A stretch of 64,000 nucleotides of DNA, from contig CAWBMV010000037.1 in NCBI GenBank assembly GCA_963789955.1, positions 64,001-128,000 on the forward strand, read 5' to 3'. Shown piece by piece: positions 40,472-51,300 of the stretch (position 1 is its first letter; every line of letters begins with the position of its first letter). Both the position numbers and the translations under genes were made by a program. This stretch comes from an uncultured Candidatus Rokubacteria bacterium (GTDB lineage Bacteria; Methylomirabilota; Methylomirabilia; Rokubacteriales; CSP1-6). The notes under the pieces were generated by a model. It saw nothing but the letters and a program-made list of their open reading frames with translations, ran no database searches and was not told the origin of the DNA.

Positions 40472-42031
40472 ATGAGGACGGTCGACGAGCTGGCACGGGC
40501 AAGCGAGGAAGCGCTGGCGCTGGTCGCGCGCCAGACGGATGTCCGCGAGGCCGAGGTGTTCGTCGCCGCGAACTCCGCGGTGCTGACCCGGCTCAACTAC
40601 ACGTCCCACATTCCCTGCAACGGCGTCGAGGAGCCCAAATCGACCGAGTCCTACGGCCTGGGCATCCAGGCGGTCTTCGAGACGCCGGAGGGCCCGAGGA
40701 TCGGATTCGGCAGCGAGCCGAGCGACCTTTCGCTCGCGGGGGCCGAGCGCGCGCTGGTCAAGGCGCGCCGGGCGGCGGTCGCCGATCCCGAGTTCGTCTC
40801 GCTCCCCGCGCCGACGGGCGCCTCGCGCACACTCGCCGACTACCACGACCCGCGGCTGATGGCGCTCGACGACGCGGGCCTGGTCGAGGCCGGCTGGAAG
40901 GTCACCGGCGGCGCGCTCCGGACGTTCAGCGCCTCGAGCCGGCTGGCCGATCTCGCCCAGGACGACGAGGGGCTCCGGCAGCTCGGCCTCATCCTCGGCG
41001 GCGACGTGACCATCCTGAGAGAGCGGATGGCGATCGCCTCGACCACGATGCCGCGCGCCCAGACCGACGAGACGTCGCTGATCACCGCGTTCGCGACGGC
41101 CATGGTCGAGACGCGCGGCGCCAAGGGCTCGGGGGCGTCGACGGGAACGCGGCTCGATCACTTCACCGACGAGGCCGGCGTGGAGGCGGCGCAGAACGCG
41201 ATCAACGCGATCGGCGGCGAGCGCGTGCCCTCGGGCGCCTACACGGTCGTCTTCGGTCGCCAGCCCGTGGCCGACTTGCTGAACAACATCGTGATCCCCG
41301 CCTGCCACGCGAGCTCGTTCTACTCCTCGAGCACGCCGTTCCTCGGCAAGCTCGGCCGCGCCGTGGCCTCGACGCGCTTGAGCCTCTACGACGACGGCGC
41401 GCGCCCCGGGTTCATGGGCTCGAAGGGCATCACGTGCGAAGGGCTGCCGACCGGACGGACCGATCTGATCAAGAACGGGATGTTCGTCGGGTGCCTCTCG
41501 AACTGGTACGAGACGCAGCGGCTGCTGCGCGATCCGGCCCTCGCCGAGAAGCTCGGCACCAGCGGGCCCGCCGCGGAAGCGGCGCTCGTGCCGCGCAACG
41601 GCTTTCGGTTCGGCTCCGGCGGCGGCCGCCAGTTCGACAGCGCGCCCGGCGTGGCCGCGTCGAACGTCGTGCTCGAGGGCGGCGAGGCGATCGGCATCGA
41701 CGAGCTGATCCGACGGGTCGGCGACGGTCTCTACATCGGCCGCATCTGGTACACGTACCCGATCAACGGCCTGCGCGCGGGTGATTTCACCTGTACCGTC
41801 GTCGCCGATTCCTATATCATCCGCGACGGACGCATCGCGGCGCCGCTCAAGGCCAACGCGATCCGGATCAACGACAACATCGCCACGTTCCTCAACAACG
41901 TCGTCGGGATCACCAAGGATGTGAAGGGCACGATCGTCTGGGCCGCGGACGAGGTCGTGTACGCGCCCGAGGTGGCCGTCACCGGCGTTCATGTCGACGA
42001 AATCGCGGGATTCATGGAGGACCTCGACTGA
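40472..42031 (+). CDS. PmbA/TldE-like partner subunit (divergent, 519 aa)
   Basis: EAEVF, TCEGLPTGRTDLIKNG, ASNVVLEGG, GDFTCTV; no HExxxH motif. Confidence 0.82.
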   Translation: MRTVDELARASEEALALVARQTDVREAEVFVAANSAVLTRLNYTSHIPCNGVEEPKSTESYGLGIQAVFETPEGPRIGFGSEPSDLSLAGAERALVKARRAAVADPEFVSLPAPTGASRTLADYHDPRLMALDDAGLVEAGWKVTGGALRTFSASSRLADLAQDDEGLRQLGLILGGDVTILRERMAIASTTMPRAQTDETSLITAFATAMVETRGAKGSGASTGTRLDHFTDEAGVEAAQNAINAIGGERVPSGAYTVVFGRQPVADLLNNIVIPACHASSFYSSSTPFLGKLGRAVASTRLSLYDDGARPGFMGSKGITCEGLPTGRTDLIKNGMFVGCLSNWYETQRLLRDPALAEKLGTSGPAAEAALVPRNGFRFGSGGGRQFDSAPGVAASNVVLEGGEAIGIDELIRRVGDGLYIGRIWYTYPINGLRAGDFTCTVVADSYIIRDGRIAAPLKANAIRINDNIATFLNNVVGITKDVKGTIVWAADEVVYAPEVAVTGVHVDEIAGFMEDLD

Positions 42032-42945
42032 TGGGTGAAGTACGTCTCGAGTCGATCGCGCGCGAGTGTCGTGTTCAGATTCTCCGCATGCTCGCTCACG
42101 CGGGCTCCGGGCATCCCGGCGGCTCGCTGTCGGTGATCGACATCCTCACGACCTTGTACTTCGGGCGGCTCCGGTTCGACCCCAAGCGTCCGGACTGGCC
42201 GGATCGCGACCGCGTCGTGCTCTCGAAGGGCCATGCGGTCCCCGCGCTCTACGCCGTGCTCTCGAGAGCCGGCTACTTCCCGGAGAAGCAGCTCATCACC
42301 TTGCGCAAGCTCGGCTCGCCGCTCCAGGGCCATCCCGATCGCACGGCGCTGCCCGGCATCGAGGCGGCCACCGGCTCGCTCGGCGAGGGGCTGTCGATCT
42401 CGCTCGGGATGGCGCTCGGCCTCAAGCTCGCCGGCTCGAAGGCGCGGGTCTACTGCATCCTCGGCGACGGCGAGACCCAGGAGGGTCAGATCTGGGAAGC
42501 CGCGATGTCGGCGCCGAAGCTCGGGCAGCCCGACCACGCGCTCGACAATCTCGTGGTCATCCTCGACTACAACAAGATCCAGCTCGACAACTTCGTGAAG
42601 AAGGTGCTCGACATCGAGCCGGTCACCGCCAAGTGGCAGTCGTTCGGCTGGCCCGTCATCGAGATCGACGGCCACGACCTCGCGCAGATCACGAAGGCGC
42701 TCGACCAGGCGGAAGCGACCCCCGGCGGGCCCACCTTCATCGTGGCGCACACGGTCAAGGGCAAGGGCGTGTCGTTCATGGAGAACGACCCGGAGTGGCA
42801 CGGCAAGGCGCCGAAGCCGGCGGAGGCGATCAAGGCCATTCGCGAGGTCCTCGGCGTCACCGAAGGCGCCTGGGAGGACTACTTGAAGACCGATTCGGCG
42901 ACCCGCGCGATCGTGGACGAGCTCGCCGCCCTGGAGAAGAAGTGA
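42031..42945 (+). CDS. Transketolase N-terminal subunit
   Basis: GSGHPGGSLS, LSKGH, LQGHP, GDGE, HTVKGKG, WHG. Confidence 0.95.
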   Translation: MGEVRLESIARECRVQILRMLAHAGSGHPGGSLSVIDILTTLYFGRLRFDPKRPDWPDRDRVVLSKGHAVPALYAVLSRAGYFPEKQLITLRKLGSPLQGHPDRTALPGIEAATGSLGEGLSISLGMALGLKLAGSKARVYCILGDGETQEGQIWEAAMSAPKLGQPDHALDNLVVILDYNKIQLDNFVKKVLDIEPVTAKWQSFGWPVIEIDGHDLAQITKALDQAEATPGGPTFIVAHTVKGKGVSFMENDPEWHGKAPKPAEAIKAIREVLGVTEGAWEDYLKTDSATRAIVDELAALEKK

Positions 42946-43871
42946 TGCCGGCCAAGGCCAGTCGCGCCGCGTTCGGAGAAGCGCTCCTCGATCTGGGCGC
43001 CAAGGACGAGCGGATCGTCACGCTCGACGCCGACCTGTCGAAATCGACCATGACCGTGAACTTCGCGAAGAAGTATCCGGCTCGGGCGTTCAACCTGGGT
43101 ATCGCGGAGTCGAACATGATCGGCGTGGGCGCCGGGCTGGCGCTCACCGGCCGCATCCCCTTCGCCTGCTCGTTCGCCTGCTTCATCGTGGGCCGCTTCG
43201 AGACGATCCGGATCTCCGTCGCCTACACGAACGCGAATCTGAAGATCGTCGGGACCCATTCGGGCATCGCGATCGGCGAGGACGGCTACAGCCAGATGGG
43301 CATCGAGGACATCGCCTGCATCCGCTCGCTCCCGAACATCGGGATCATCCAGCCCGCGGACGAGCTCGAGACCAAGCAGGCCATCGCCTTCGCCGTCGAG
43401 CACCAGGGGCCGCTCTACCTGAGGCTCACGCGGCAGAACCTCGAGCCCGTGTGTCCGCCCGACTATCGCTTCCAGTACGGCCGCTGGCTCGTGCTCCGCA
43501 AAGGTCACGACGTGACGTTGATCGGCACGGGCGGGCCCCTGTTCAACTGTCTCGAGGCGGCCAAGAGCCTGCAGGCCGACGGCATCTCGGCCGAGGTCAT
43601 CAACGCCGCGTGCATCAAGCCGCTGGACGAAGAGCTGCTGATCCAGTCGGCGGGCAAGACCGGCCACGTCGTGACCGTGGAAGACCACACGGTCGCCGGC
43701 GGGCTCGGCGGGGCGGTCGCCGAGCTGCTCGGCGACGTGCTGCCGACGCCGATGAAGCGGCTGGGCGTTCACGGATTCGGCGAATCGGGCGATCTGAAGG
43801 GCCTCTACGCCAAGCACGGCCTCGATCCGGCCGGGATCGCCGCGAGCGTGAAGAAGTTCCTCAACCGCTGA
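42945..43871 (+). CDS. Transketolase C-terminal subunit
   Basis: DADLSKST, GIAESNM, GEDGYS, YLRLTR, EDH...GGLG. Confidence 0.95.
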   Translation: MPAKASRAAFGEALLDLGAKDERIVTLDADLSKSTMTVNFAKKYPARAFNLGIAESNMIGVGAGLALTGRIPFACSFACFIVGRFETIRISVAYTNANLKIVGTHSGIAIGEDGYSQMGIEDIACIRSLPNIGIIQPADELETKQAIAFAVEHQGPLYLRLTRQNLEPVCPPDYRFQYGRWLVLRKGHDVTLIGTGGPLFNCLEAAKSLQADGISAEVINAACIKPLDEELLIQSAGKTGHVVTVEDHTVAGGLGGAVAELLGDVLPTPMKRLGVHGFGESGDLKGLYAKHGLDPAGIAASVKKFLNR

Positions 43872-43901
43872 GGCACGGCGCGCCGCGTCGGGGCTCGGGT
43901 C

Positions 43902-44495
43902 GTGGAGCGACAGCGCTCCCGACCCTACCGGACTATCTCCGGCCGGGACTCGACCTCGTCTTCGTCGGGATCAATCCCGGACTCTACTCGGCTCGTCAGG
44001 GCCACTACTTCGCGCGCTCGACGAATCGCTTCTGGCCGGCATTCACGTCATCGAGGCTGAGCGAGCGCGTATCCGCGACGGGCCTCGGTACCGACGTCCT
44101 CAGACCCGAGCACGACGCGAGCGCTGCTGGCCTTCGGCATCGGCTTCACCGACGTCGTCAAGCGCGACGTCGAGCAACGCGGCGGAGCTCGAGCGCGAGC
44201 GACTTCGAGAAGTGGGCGCCGCGTCTTCTGAGCAAGCTCAGGCGCTTGGCGCCGCGCGTGGCCTGCTTCCACGGCCTCACCGCCTACCGACCGTTCCTCG
44301 CGCGTGGCACTCGGCGATCGACGACCGAGCGCCGGCGCTCGGTCCTCAGCCAGAGGTCGTCGGGACGACGCGGCTCTTCGTGGTGCCGAACCCGAGCCCG
44401 GCCAACGCCCACTTCACGCTTGGCCGACCAGGCCGCCTGGTATGACCGCCTGGCCGAATTCCTCGACGCGCGGGAGAAGCCAGCCGGCCGGCTAG
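43902..44495 (+). CDS. mug: Mismatch-specific uracil-DNA glycosylase, multiple frameshifts
   Basis: [47 protein letters not shown]. Confidence 0.82.
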
Positions 44496-45886
44496 GGCCG
44501 GACCATGTCGGCCGCGCCGCACCCAGCGGTCGTACTGCTCGGCGGTCACGTAGCCGGAGGCGACCGCCGCATCACGGAGCGTGAGCCCTCCGGCGTGCGC
44601 CTTCTTGGCGATCTCCGCCGCGCGGTCGTAGCCGATATGCGGGGCGAGCGCGGTCACGAGCATGAGCGACCGGTCGACGAGCTCCGCGATCCTGGTCCGG
44701 TTCGCCTCGATCCCCTCCACACAGAACTCGCGGAAGCGCGCGCAGGCGTCGGTCAGCAAATCCACCGAGTGCAGGAAGTTGAAGATGATGACCGGCTTGA
44801 AGACGTTCAGCTCGAAGTTGCCCTGCGAGCCGGCGACGGCGATCGCCGTGTCGTTGCCCATCACCTGGACGGCAACCATCGTCACTGCCTCGGCCTGAGT
44901 CGGGTTGACCTTGCCCGGCATGATCGACGAGCCGGGCTCGTTCTCGGGCAGCGAGAGCTCGCCGAGCCCGCTGCGCGGCCCGGAGCCGAGCCAGCGGAGG
45001 TCGTTCGCGATCTTCATGAGCGCGCCGGCCGAGCGTGCGAAGGGCACCGCTCGCCATGACCAGATCGTCGTGGGCGGCGAGCGCGGCGAACTTGTTGGCG
45101 GCCGAGGTGAACGGCAAGCCCGTCAGCTCGGCGAGCTTCGCCGCGACGGCTTCGCCGAACCCGGCCGGCGCGTTGAGGCCGGTGCCGACCGCGGTGCCGC
45201 CGATCGCCAGCGCCAGGAGCCCGGGCAGGATCGCGTCGATCCGCGCGAGGCCGGCGTCGAGCTGGGCGACGTAGCCCGAGAACTCCTGACCGAGCGTGAG
45301 CGGCACCGCGTCTTGCAGATGCGTGCGGCCGATCTTCACGACGTCGTCGAACTCGCGCGCCTTGGCCGCGAGCGCGTCGCGCAGCGCGCGGACGCTCGGC
45401 ACGAGCCGGCGTGTCAGGTCGAGCGCGGCCGCGACGTGCATGGCCGTGGGGAACGTGTCGTTGGACGACTGCGACATGTTCACGTGGTCGTTCGGATGGA
45501 TCGGATCCTTGCTGCCGAGCCGGCCGCCCGCGAGCTCGATCGCCCGATTCGCGATCACCTCGTTCACGTTCATGTTGGTCTGGGTGCCGGAGCCGGTTTG
45601 CCAGACGGACAGCGGGAAGTGGTCGTCGAGCGTGGCCGGCGATCACCTCGTCCGCGGCGCGCACGATCAGCTCGGCGCGGCGGCTGTCGAGAAGACCGAG
45701 CTTCTGGTTGACCAGTGCGGCGGCCTTCTTCAGGAGACCGAGGGCGCGAACGACCGCGATCGGCATCCGGTCGTGGCCGATCGCGAAGTGGTGCAGCGAG
45801 CGCTCGGTCTGAGCGCCCCAGTAGCGGTCGGCGCGGACGTCGATCCGCCCCATGCTGTCGCTCTCGACGCGGGTCTGCGAAGTCAT
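44492..45886 (-). CDS. fumC: Class II fumarate hydratase, about 3 frameshifts
   Basis: [49 protein letters not shown]. Confidence 0.93.
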
Positions 45887-45901
45887 GCCTGACCTACCGG
45901 A

Positions 45902-46669
45902 TCAAATCAGCCGATACCCGTAGACGAGGCCGAAGGCGATCGAGCCGAGGCCGGCGCAGAGGGCGAGCGCCTGTCGGGCGCGCCGGTAGCGGAGCGCCAT
46001 GGACACGGGATACGCCATGACCGCGGTCAGCACCGTCATGCCGATGATCGTGCCGATCCCGAAGATCAACAGATAGATGACGGCGCTCGCGGTCGAGCGC
46101 AGGGTCGCCAGCACCAGGAGCGAGACCGCCGCGCTGCCGGCCAGACCGTGGACGGCACCGACGACGAGCGCGCGCCCCGCCGGCCAGCCACTGCGCCAGC
46201 CGAGCTTGGCGAGCCAGCGTGAGGGATGAACGTGCGGGTGCTCATGCGTGTGCTCGGCGTCGTGAGCGTGCGGGTGGCTGTGCACCACGCCCACGCCCGC
46301 GCCCCCGCCGTGGTCGTGGTCGGCGACGAGATGCCCGGCGGGCACGGTCTCGAGCCCTCGCACGGCGTCGCGCAGGCGCAGCACGCCCAGCACGATCAGC
46401 ATGGCCGCCACCGCCAGCTCGAGGCTCCCCCCGACCGCCGGCGTGATCGTGAGCTTCAGCCCGATGATGATGGCGCCCACGATCGTCAAGGTCGTCATGT
46501 GGCCGGCGCCCCAGAGCACGCCGATCAGCGCGCCGTCGGCGAAGCGACGCTCGCGCGTGAGGATCGTCGCCACCGCGACCAGGTGGTCCGGATCGGTCGC
46601 GTGCTGCAGACCCAGGAGAAACCCGAGGAGGATCGCCGAGATCGGCGCGGGATCCACGAGCGCGGTCAC
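45902..46669 (-). CDS. NicO/UreH-like high-affinity nickel transport protein with His-rich loop
   Basis: GLQHATDPDH, WGAGH, HSHPHAHDAEHTHEHPHVH, VHGLAGSA. Confidence 0.85.
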   Translation of the reverse strand: MTALVDPAPISAILLGFLLGLQHATDPDHLVAVATILTRERRFADGALIGVLWGAGHMTTLTIVGAIIIGLKLTITPAVGGSLELAVAAMLIVLGVLRLRDAVRGLETVPAGHLVADHDHGGGAGVGVVHSHPHAHDAEHTHEHPHVHPSRWLAKLGWRSGWPAGRALVVGAVHGLAGSAAVSLLVLATLRSTASAVIYLLIFGIGTIIGMTVLTAVMAYPVSMALRYRRARQALALCAGLGSIAFGLVYGYRLI

Positions 46670-47460
46670 TCCGACATCTTCAAGAGGAGCCCGGTGCGCC
46701 GCGCCCGCTGGATCGCGGCGAGGAACGCCCAGTGGGCGAGCGCGGCATAGACGACCGACAGGACCAGCCCGGTCGCGATCGGCGTCTGGAACTCGGACGC
46801 GAATCCGTAGTGCGACCGGTAGGCGTCGAGGAAATACGTGAGCGGGATCGCGCGGGCGATCATCGCGATCGAGTCGGGCAGCACCGAGATCGGATAGTAG
46901 ATCCCCGCGAGCACGAGCACCATGTTGACGCTCGCCCACGCGAACGCCTCGGCCCGGTTGCCGAAGAGCGTGATCAACGCGCACACGGCGACGCCGACCA
47001 CCCAGGCGGTGAGAAAGCAGCCCAGCAGGAACGTGCCGAGCGCGAGCCAGCCGGGCTGGAGCACGTGGAAGCCGAACGCCCACCGGCCGAGCGCCGCCAG
47101 CAGGACGAACACGGCCAGGCTGCGCACCATGCCGACGATCCAGGATCCGAGCGTCAGGTGGCGAATGCCGATCGGCGCCAGGAACTGGTGCTTGAGCGAC
47201 TTCGACCAGACGTCGAGCAGGACCGCATAGGCGACCTCGAGCTGGCAGACGTTGACGATCGACAGCGCGATCGTGCCGACCAGCACGAACGACGCCTGCG
47301 CGTCCGTCAGCTCGAGGAACCGCGACATCAGGCCGATCGAGAGCACGCCCACGATCGGCCAGAAGAGCAGCTCGAAGAAGAAGAACACGTTGCGGGCGCC
47401 CATCAGGGCGTTCCGGAGCGTCACCGCCCAGACGGCGAGCAGCTCATTTCGCCAGCTCAA
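46666..47460 (-). CDS. ABC-2 type transporter permease
   Basis: Six TM segments, ELLFWP, GIYYPISVLP, IPLTY. Confidence 0.85.
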   Translation of the reverse strand: MSWRNELLAVWAVTLRNALMGARNVFFFFELLFWPIVGVLSIGLMSRFLELTDAQASFVLVGTIALSIVNVCQLEVAYAVLLDVWSKSLKHQFLAPIGIRHLTLGSWIVGMVRSLAVFVLLAALGRWAFGFHVLQPGWLALGTFLLGCFLTAWVVGVAVCALITLFGNRAEAFAWASVNMVLVLAGIYYPISVLPDSIAMIARAIPLTYFLDAYRSHYGFASEFQTPIATGLVLSVVYAALAHWAFLAAIQRARRTGLLLKMSE

Positions 47461-48381
47461 CGAAGACCTCCTCGAGCTCCGGCTCGCGGACCTGCACGTT
47501 CCTGATGACGACGCCCTCGGTGTGGAGCGCGCGCAGCAACTCCGGCAGCCGCTTCTCGGCCTCGTCCACGGTGCACTCGACCCAGCCGTCGACCTCGACG
47601 CACCGGAGAACACCCGGAGCTCTCGGCCAGCCACGGCACGCGCGGCGGATCGAGCTTGAGCGCGATGACCTCGCCGAGGCGGATCTGGCGCTTCAGCTCG
47701 CCCGAGGTGCCGCGCGCCAGGATGCGCCCGGCCTTGATGAAGGCGATCTCGTCGCAGAGCTCGTCGGCCTCGCGCATGTAGTGCGTCGTCAGCACGATCG
47801 TGATCCCCTGCTCGCGGCGGAGCCGCGCGATGTGGGCGCGCACGCGCACGGCGACGTCGGGATCGAGACCGAGCGTGGGCTCGTCGAGGAAGAGGAGCTC
47901 CGGCTCGTTGACCAGCGCCTTGGCGAGCGCGACGCGCTGCTTGAGCCCGGTCGACAGGTCCGAATACGGGACGCGGCGATACGGCGTCGAGCTCACACAG
48001 CTCGATCAGCGAGTCGACACGCTGGCGCAGGCGGCGACCGCTCAGGCCGTACAGGCGGCCGTAGAACGCGACGATCTCGCCGACCCGCAGGCTCCACAGG
48101 AACGACGGCCGCCCGCTCACCATGTTGAGCCGCCGGCGCAAGGCACCCGCCTCGCGAACGACGTCGTGCCCGAGGATCGTCACGCGGCCGCGATCGGGCG
48201 TCAGCAAGGTGGCGAGAATCGACAGCAAGGTGGTCTTGCCCGCGCCGTTGGGACCGAGGACGCCGACGATCGCGCCGCGCGCCACCGTCAGCGAAACTCC
48301 GCGCAACGCCTCGGTCGCGCGGCGGCGCGGCCATCCGGAGCGGAACGTCTTCTCTACGTCTTGCGCGTCGATCGCGAGCAT
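47444..48381 (-). CDS. ABC transporter ATP-binding protein, frameshifted
   Basis: GPNGAGKTT, LSTGLKQR, LFLDEPT, LTTHYM, EPELEEVF. Confidence 0.88.
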
Positions 48382-48552
48382 ACTCAGTGATGATACCATC
48401 CACGTCATGGCCGGCTCCGACGAGTGGCGCTGCGCCGCCGCGACGGTGACGCCCGGCCACAGCGCAACGTTCCGTCGAGCGCGCCGGCGCGCTCAACGCA
48501 TTCGTCGTGAATCACGACGGTCAGTACGCGCGTACGTGAACCGCGTCCGGCG

Positions 48553-48969
48553 ATGAGCGATCTCACGGCCGTCGAGCAGGCGAACGCCGGCTTCTATCAG
48601 GCGTTCGAGACGCTCGATATCGCGCGGATGGAGCTCGTCTGGTCGCACGGCGAGCACGTGCAGTGCGTCCACCCGGGCTGGCCCCTCCTGGTCGGCTGGG
48701 AGGCCGTGCGCACGTCGTGGGCGACGATCTTCGAGAACACGGCGGAGATGCGGTTCAGCCTCTCCGATGTCCGCGCGAGCGCGACCGGCGACCTGGCCTG
48801 GGTCACCTGCACGGAGAACATCTTCTCCGAGGTCCACGGGCGCCTCGCGGTCACCTCGGTCCTCGCCACCAATCTGTTCGAGCGCACGGCCGACGGCTGG
48901 CGGCTGATCCACCACCACGCCTCGCACGTCTTCTCGGCAGCCCCCGAGAGCGACTCGACCAACAACTAG
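48553..48969 (+). CDS. SnoaL/NTF2-like protein
   Basis: ANAGFYQAFE, CVHPGW, ATNLF, WRLIHHHAS. Confidence 0.88.
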   Translation: MSDLTAVEQANAGFYQAFETLDIARMELVWSHGEHVQCVHPGWPLLVGWEAVRTSWATIFENTAEMRFSLSDVRASATGDLAWVTCTENIFSEVHGRLAVTSVLATNLFERTADGWRLIHHHASHVFSAAPESDSTNN

Positions 48970-49015
48970 GCCGCGGCCACGGCCGGACGACTCCCCGGCG
49001 TCGCCCGGCACGACG

Positions 49016-50527
49016 CTACCTCGTCTCGCGCTGGAGGAGAATCCAGCCGCCGGCGCGGCCGATCTCGCGATAGCCGGACGCCGGCTGCGCGCGAAGGACC
49101 GGCTCGACGTCCAGGACGTACTCGCTGATCCCCAGACCGGTCGGATAGATGAAGATCTGGCGGCGCGTCGCCAGATGCGGAGCGAGGCGCTCGTTCGCGC
49201 TCACCGCCGCCTCACCGGGAATCTGCCGCATCAGCGAGTAGGCCGCGCGCTGTTCGGCGTCGAGCCGCCAGCGCGTGACCATGAGGTCGTTCGCCGTTCG
49301 CGCCGTGAGCAGCACGCTCGCGAAGAGACCCAGCGCGAGCAGCGCCGGCGCCCGCCGCCAGTCGCGGATCCGCGCGTATCCGTCGATCGCGGCGAGCATC
49401 AGGAACGGCAGGACGAACGACTGGTACTGGGACCGGAAGTTGATGAGCACGGGGTCGATGCTCAGGAGATTCATCGCCAGTCCCGGCACCACCGCCAGCA
49501 GCACGCGCGGCGCGAACAGCGGCAGGAAGCCGAGTGACACCAGCATCACCAGGAGATAGACGAGCTTGCCGCCGGTCGCGGCGACGACGATCCACCGCCA
49601 CGGACGCACCACGATGTTGAGCAGCACCTCCCCGAGCGAAGAACCCAGATAGGCGTAGCGGTGCAGGTGCGGGTACGGCTCGCCCCGGAAGAGCGGCAAC
49701 ACATACTTGAGATCGAACGCCAGCAGCAGCACGCTCGCGACGGCGATCACCGCGCCGAGCCGCCAGCGGCCGCGCGCGACCGCGAGCCAGATCCCGAAGC
49801 CGACCACCACGATCGCGGCGTCCTCGCGGCAGGCCAGGGTCAGCGCGAGCGCGACCGCGCACCACGCGTAACGGCCGGCATCGAACGCGAGCGCCGCGGC
49901 GATGATCAAGGTGATCGCGAACGCCTGGGGATGGATGTCGCGGATGTTGATCCCGTGGAGCGACGGATTGACCAGGAAGAGCAGCGCGAGGCCGCCGGCG
50001 GCCGGCACCGCGCCGAGCCGGCGCACCGCGTATCCGAACACCGCCAGGCCGCCCGCCGCCAGCACGAGCGTCTGCACGACGAGCAATCCGATCGCCCCCG
50101 GCGCGACGCGGCCGAGCGGCACCATGAGATAGAGCACGGGCGAGAGGTGATCGCCCCAGGCGTTCATCGGCGGGAACGTCACGTACGCGCCGCGGCCGGT
50201 GGCGATACTCCAGACGACCTGCACGTAGTAGCCGAGATCGAGGGCGTGGGTCCTCAGCGCCAGGTGCCGGGTGACGACGATGAACCCCATCACGAGGGCG
50301 TAAACGACGGCGCCCAGGATCGCCATCGACGCGGGCGACACCGCGGGCAACCGGAGCGGCGCCGCCAGCGCGCGGAGCGCCACGACCACGGCGAGGGCGA
50401 TGACGAACTCGTCGGCGCGGGTGAACGAGTGACCGGCGACGGTCAACGCGCCCCGCGCGATCACCACCACCAGGAGCAGAGCGACACACGCCGCGACCGC
50501 CTCGAGGAGGCGGGCCGCGCGCGTCAC
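49016..50527 (-). CDS. DUF2079-family membrane protein (GT-C-like)
   Basis: DLGYYVQVVW, GDHLSP, DIHP, CRED; many TM segments. Confidence 0.8.
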   Translation of the reverse strand: MTRAARLLEAVAACVALLLVVVIARGALTVAGHSFTRADEFVIALAVVVALRALAAPLRLPAVSPASMAILGAVVYALVMGFIVVTRHLALRTHALDLGYYVQVVWSIATGRGAYVTFPPMNAWGDHLSPVLYLMVPLGRVAPGAIGLLVVQTLVLAAGGLAVFGYAVRRLGAVPAAGGLALLFLVNPSLHGINIRDIHPQAFAITLIIAAALAFDAGRYAWCAVALALTLACREDAAIVVVGFGIWLAVARGRWRLGAVIAVASVLLLAFDLKYVLPLFRGEPYPHLHRYAYLGSSLGEVLLNIVVRPWRWIVVAATGGKLVYLLVMLVSLGFLPLFAPRVLLAVVPGLAMNLLSIDPVLINFRSQYQSFVLPFLMLAAIDGYARIRDWRRAPALLALGLFASVLLTARTANDLMVTRWRLDAEQRAAYSLMRQIPGEAAVSANERLAPHLATRRQIFIYPTGLGISEYVLDVEPVLRAQPASGYREIGRAGGWILLQRETR

Positions 50528-51300
50528 GGCAGGCGCGTGTATCTGGCCCGCAGGCTGTCGAAGCGGCGCGAGCGCCGCAGACCGCGCTGGTTCAAGGTGA
50601 ACCAGAAGAGCACCGAGAGGATCCGCAGGCCGTAGCCGACCGAGGCGAAGAAGCTGGCGGACGACGCCTCGGGGAAGTAGCGCGTCGGCACGGCGATCTC
50701 GGCGATCCGGAACTTCGCGGCGACCACCTGCGCGATGATCTCCTGGTCGAAGACGAAGCCGTCCGAGTTCGCGGGGAAGTTGACGGTTTCGAGCACCTCG
50801 CGCCGGAACGCGCGATACCCCGTGTGGTACTCCGAGAGCGACAGCGAGAATGCGCGGTTCTCCAGGCCGGTCAGGAAACGATTCGCGAAGTACTTCCACC
50901 AGGGCATGCCCTGCGCGAGCGCCGAGCCTTCCTTGAGGCGCGAGCCCAGCACCACGTCGGCCCGGCCGCTCACGATCGGCTCGATGATCTGCGGCACGAG
51001 CCGCGGATCGTACTGGTAGTCCGGGTGCACCATGACCACGATCTCGGCCCCGGCCCGGAGCGCCTCGGCGTAGCACGTCTTCTGGTTGGCGCCGTAGCCG
51101 TAGTTGCGGTTGTGGACGAAGATCTCGAGGCCCAGCTGGCGCGCGATGTCGAGCGTCGCGTCGGTCGAGCCGTCGTCGACCAGGATGACGAGGTTCACGG
51201 TGTCCTTCGGCAGCTCCTCGTAGGTCAGCCGGAGCGTCTGGCCGGCGTTGTAGGCGGGCATCACGACGACGACCTTCGGGGCGGATCGAGTCACGCTCAT
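50524..51300 (-). CDS. GT2 glycosyltransferase (DPM1-like, polyprenyl-phosphate sugar synthase)
   Basis: VMPAYN, VDDGSTD, NYGYGANQK, HPDYQY, GSR, TGYRAF. Confidence 0.92.
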   Translation of the reverse strand: MSVTRSAPKVVVVMPAYNAGQTLRLTYEELPKDTVNLVILVDDGSTDATLDIARQLGLEIFVHNRNYGYGANQKTCYAEALRAGAEIVVMVHPDYQYDPRLVPQIIEPIVSGRADVVLGSRLKEGSALAQGMPWWKYFANRFLTGLENRAFSLSLSEYHTGYRAFRREVLETVNFPANSDGFVFDQEIIAQVVAAKFRIAEIAVPTRYFPEASSASFFASVGYGLRILSVLFWFTLNQRGLRRSRRFDSLRARYTRLP

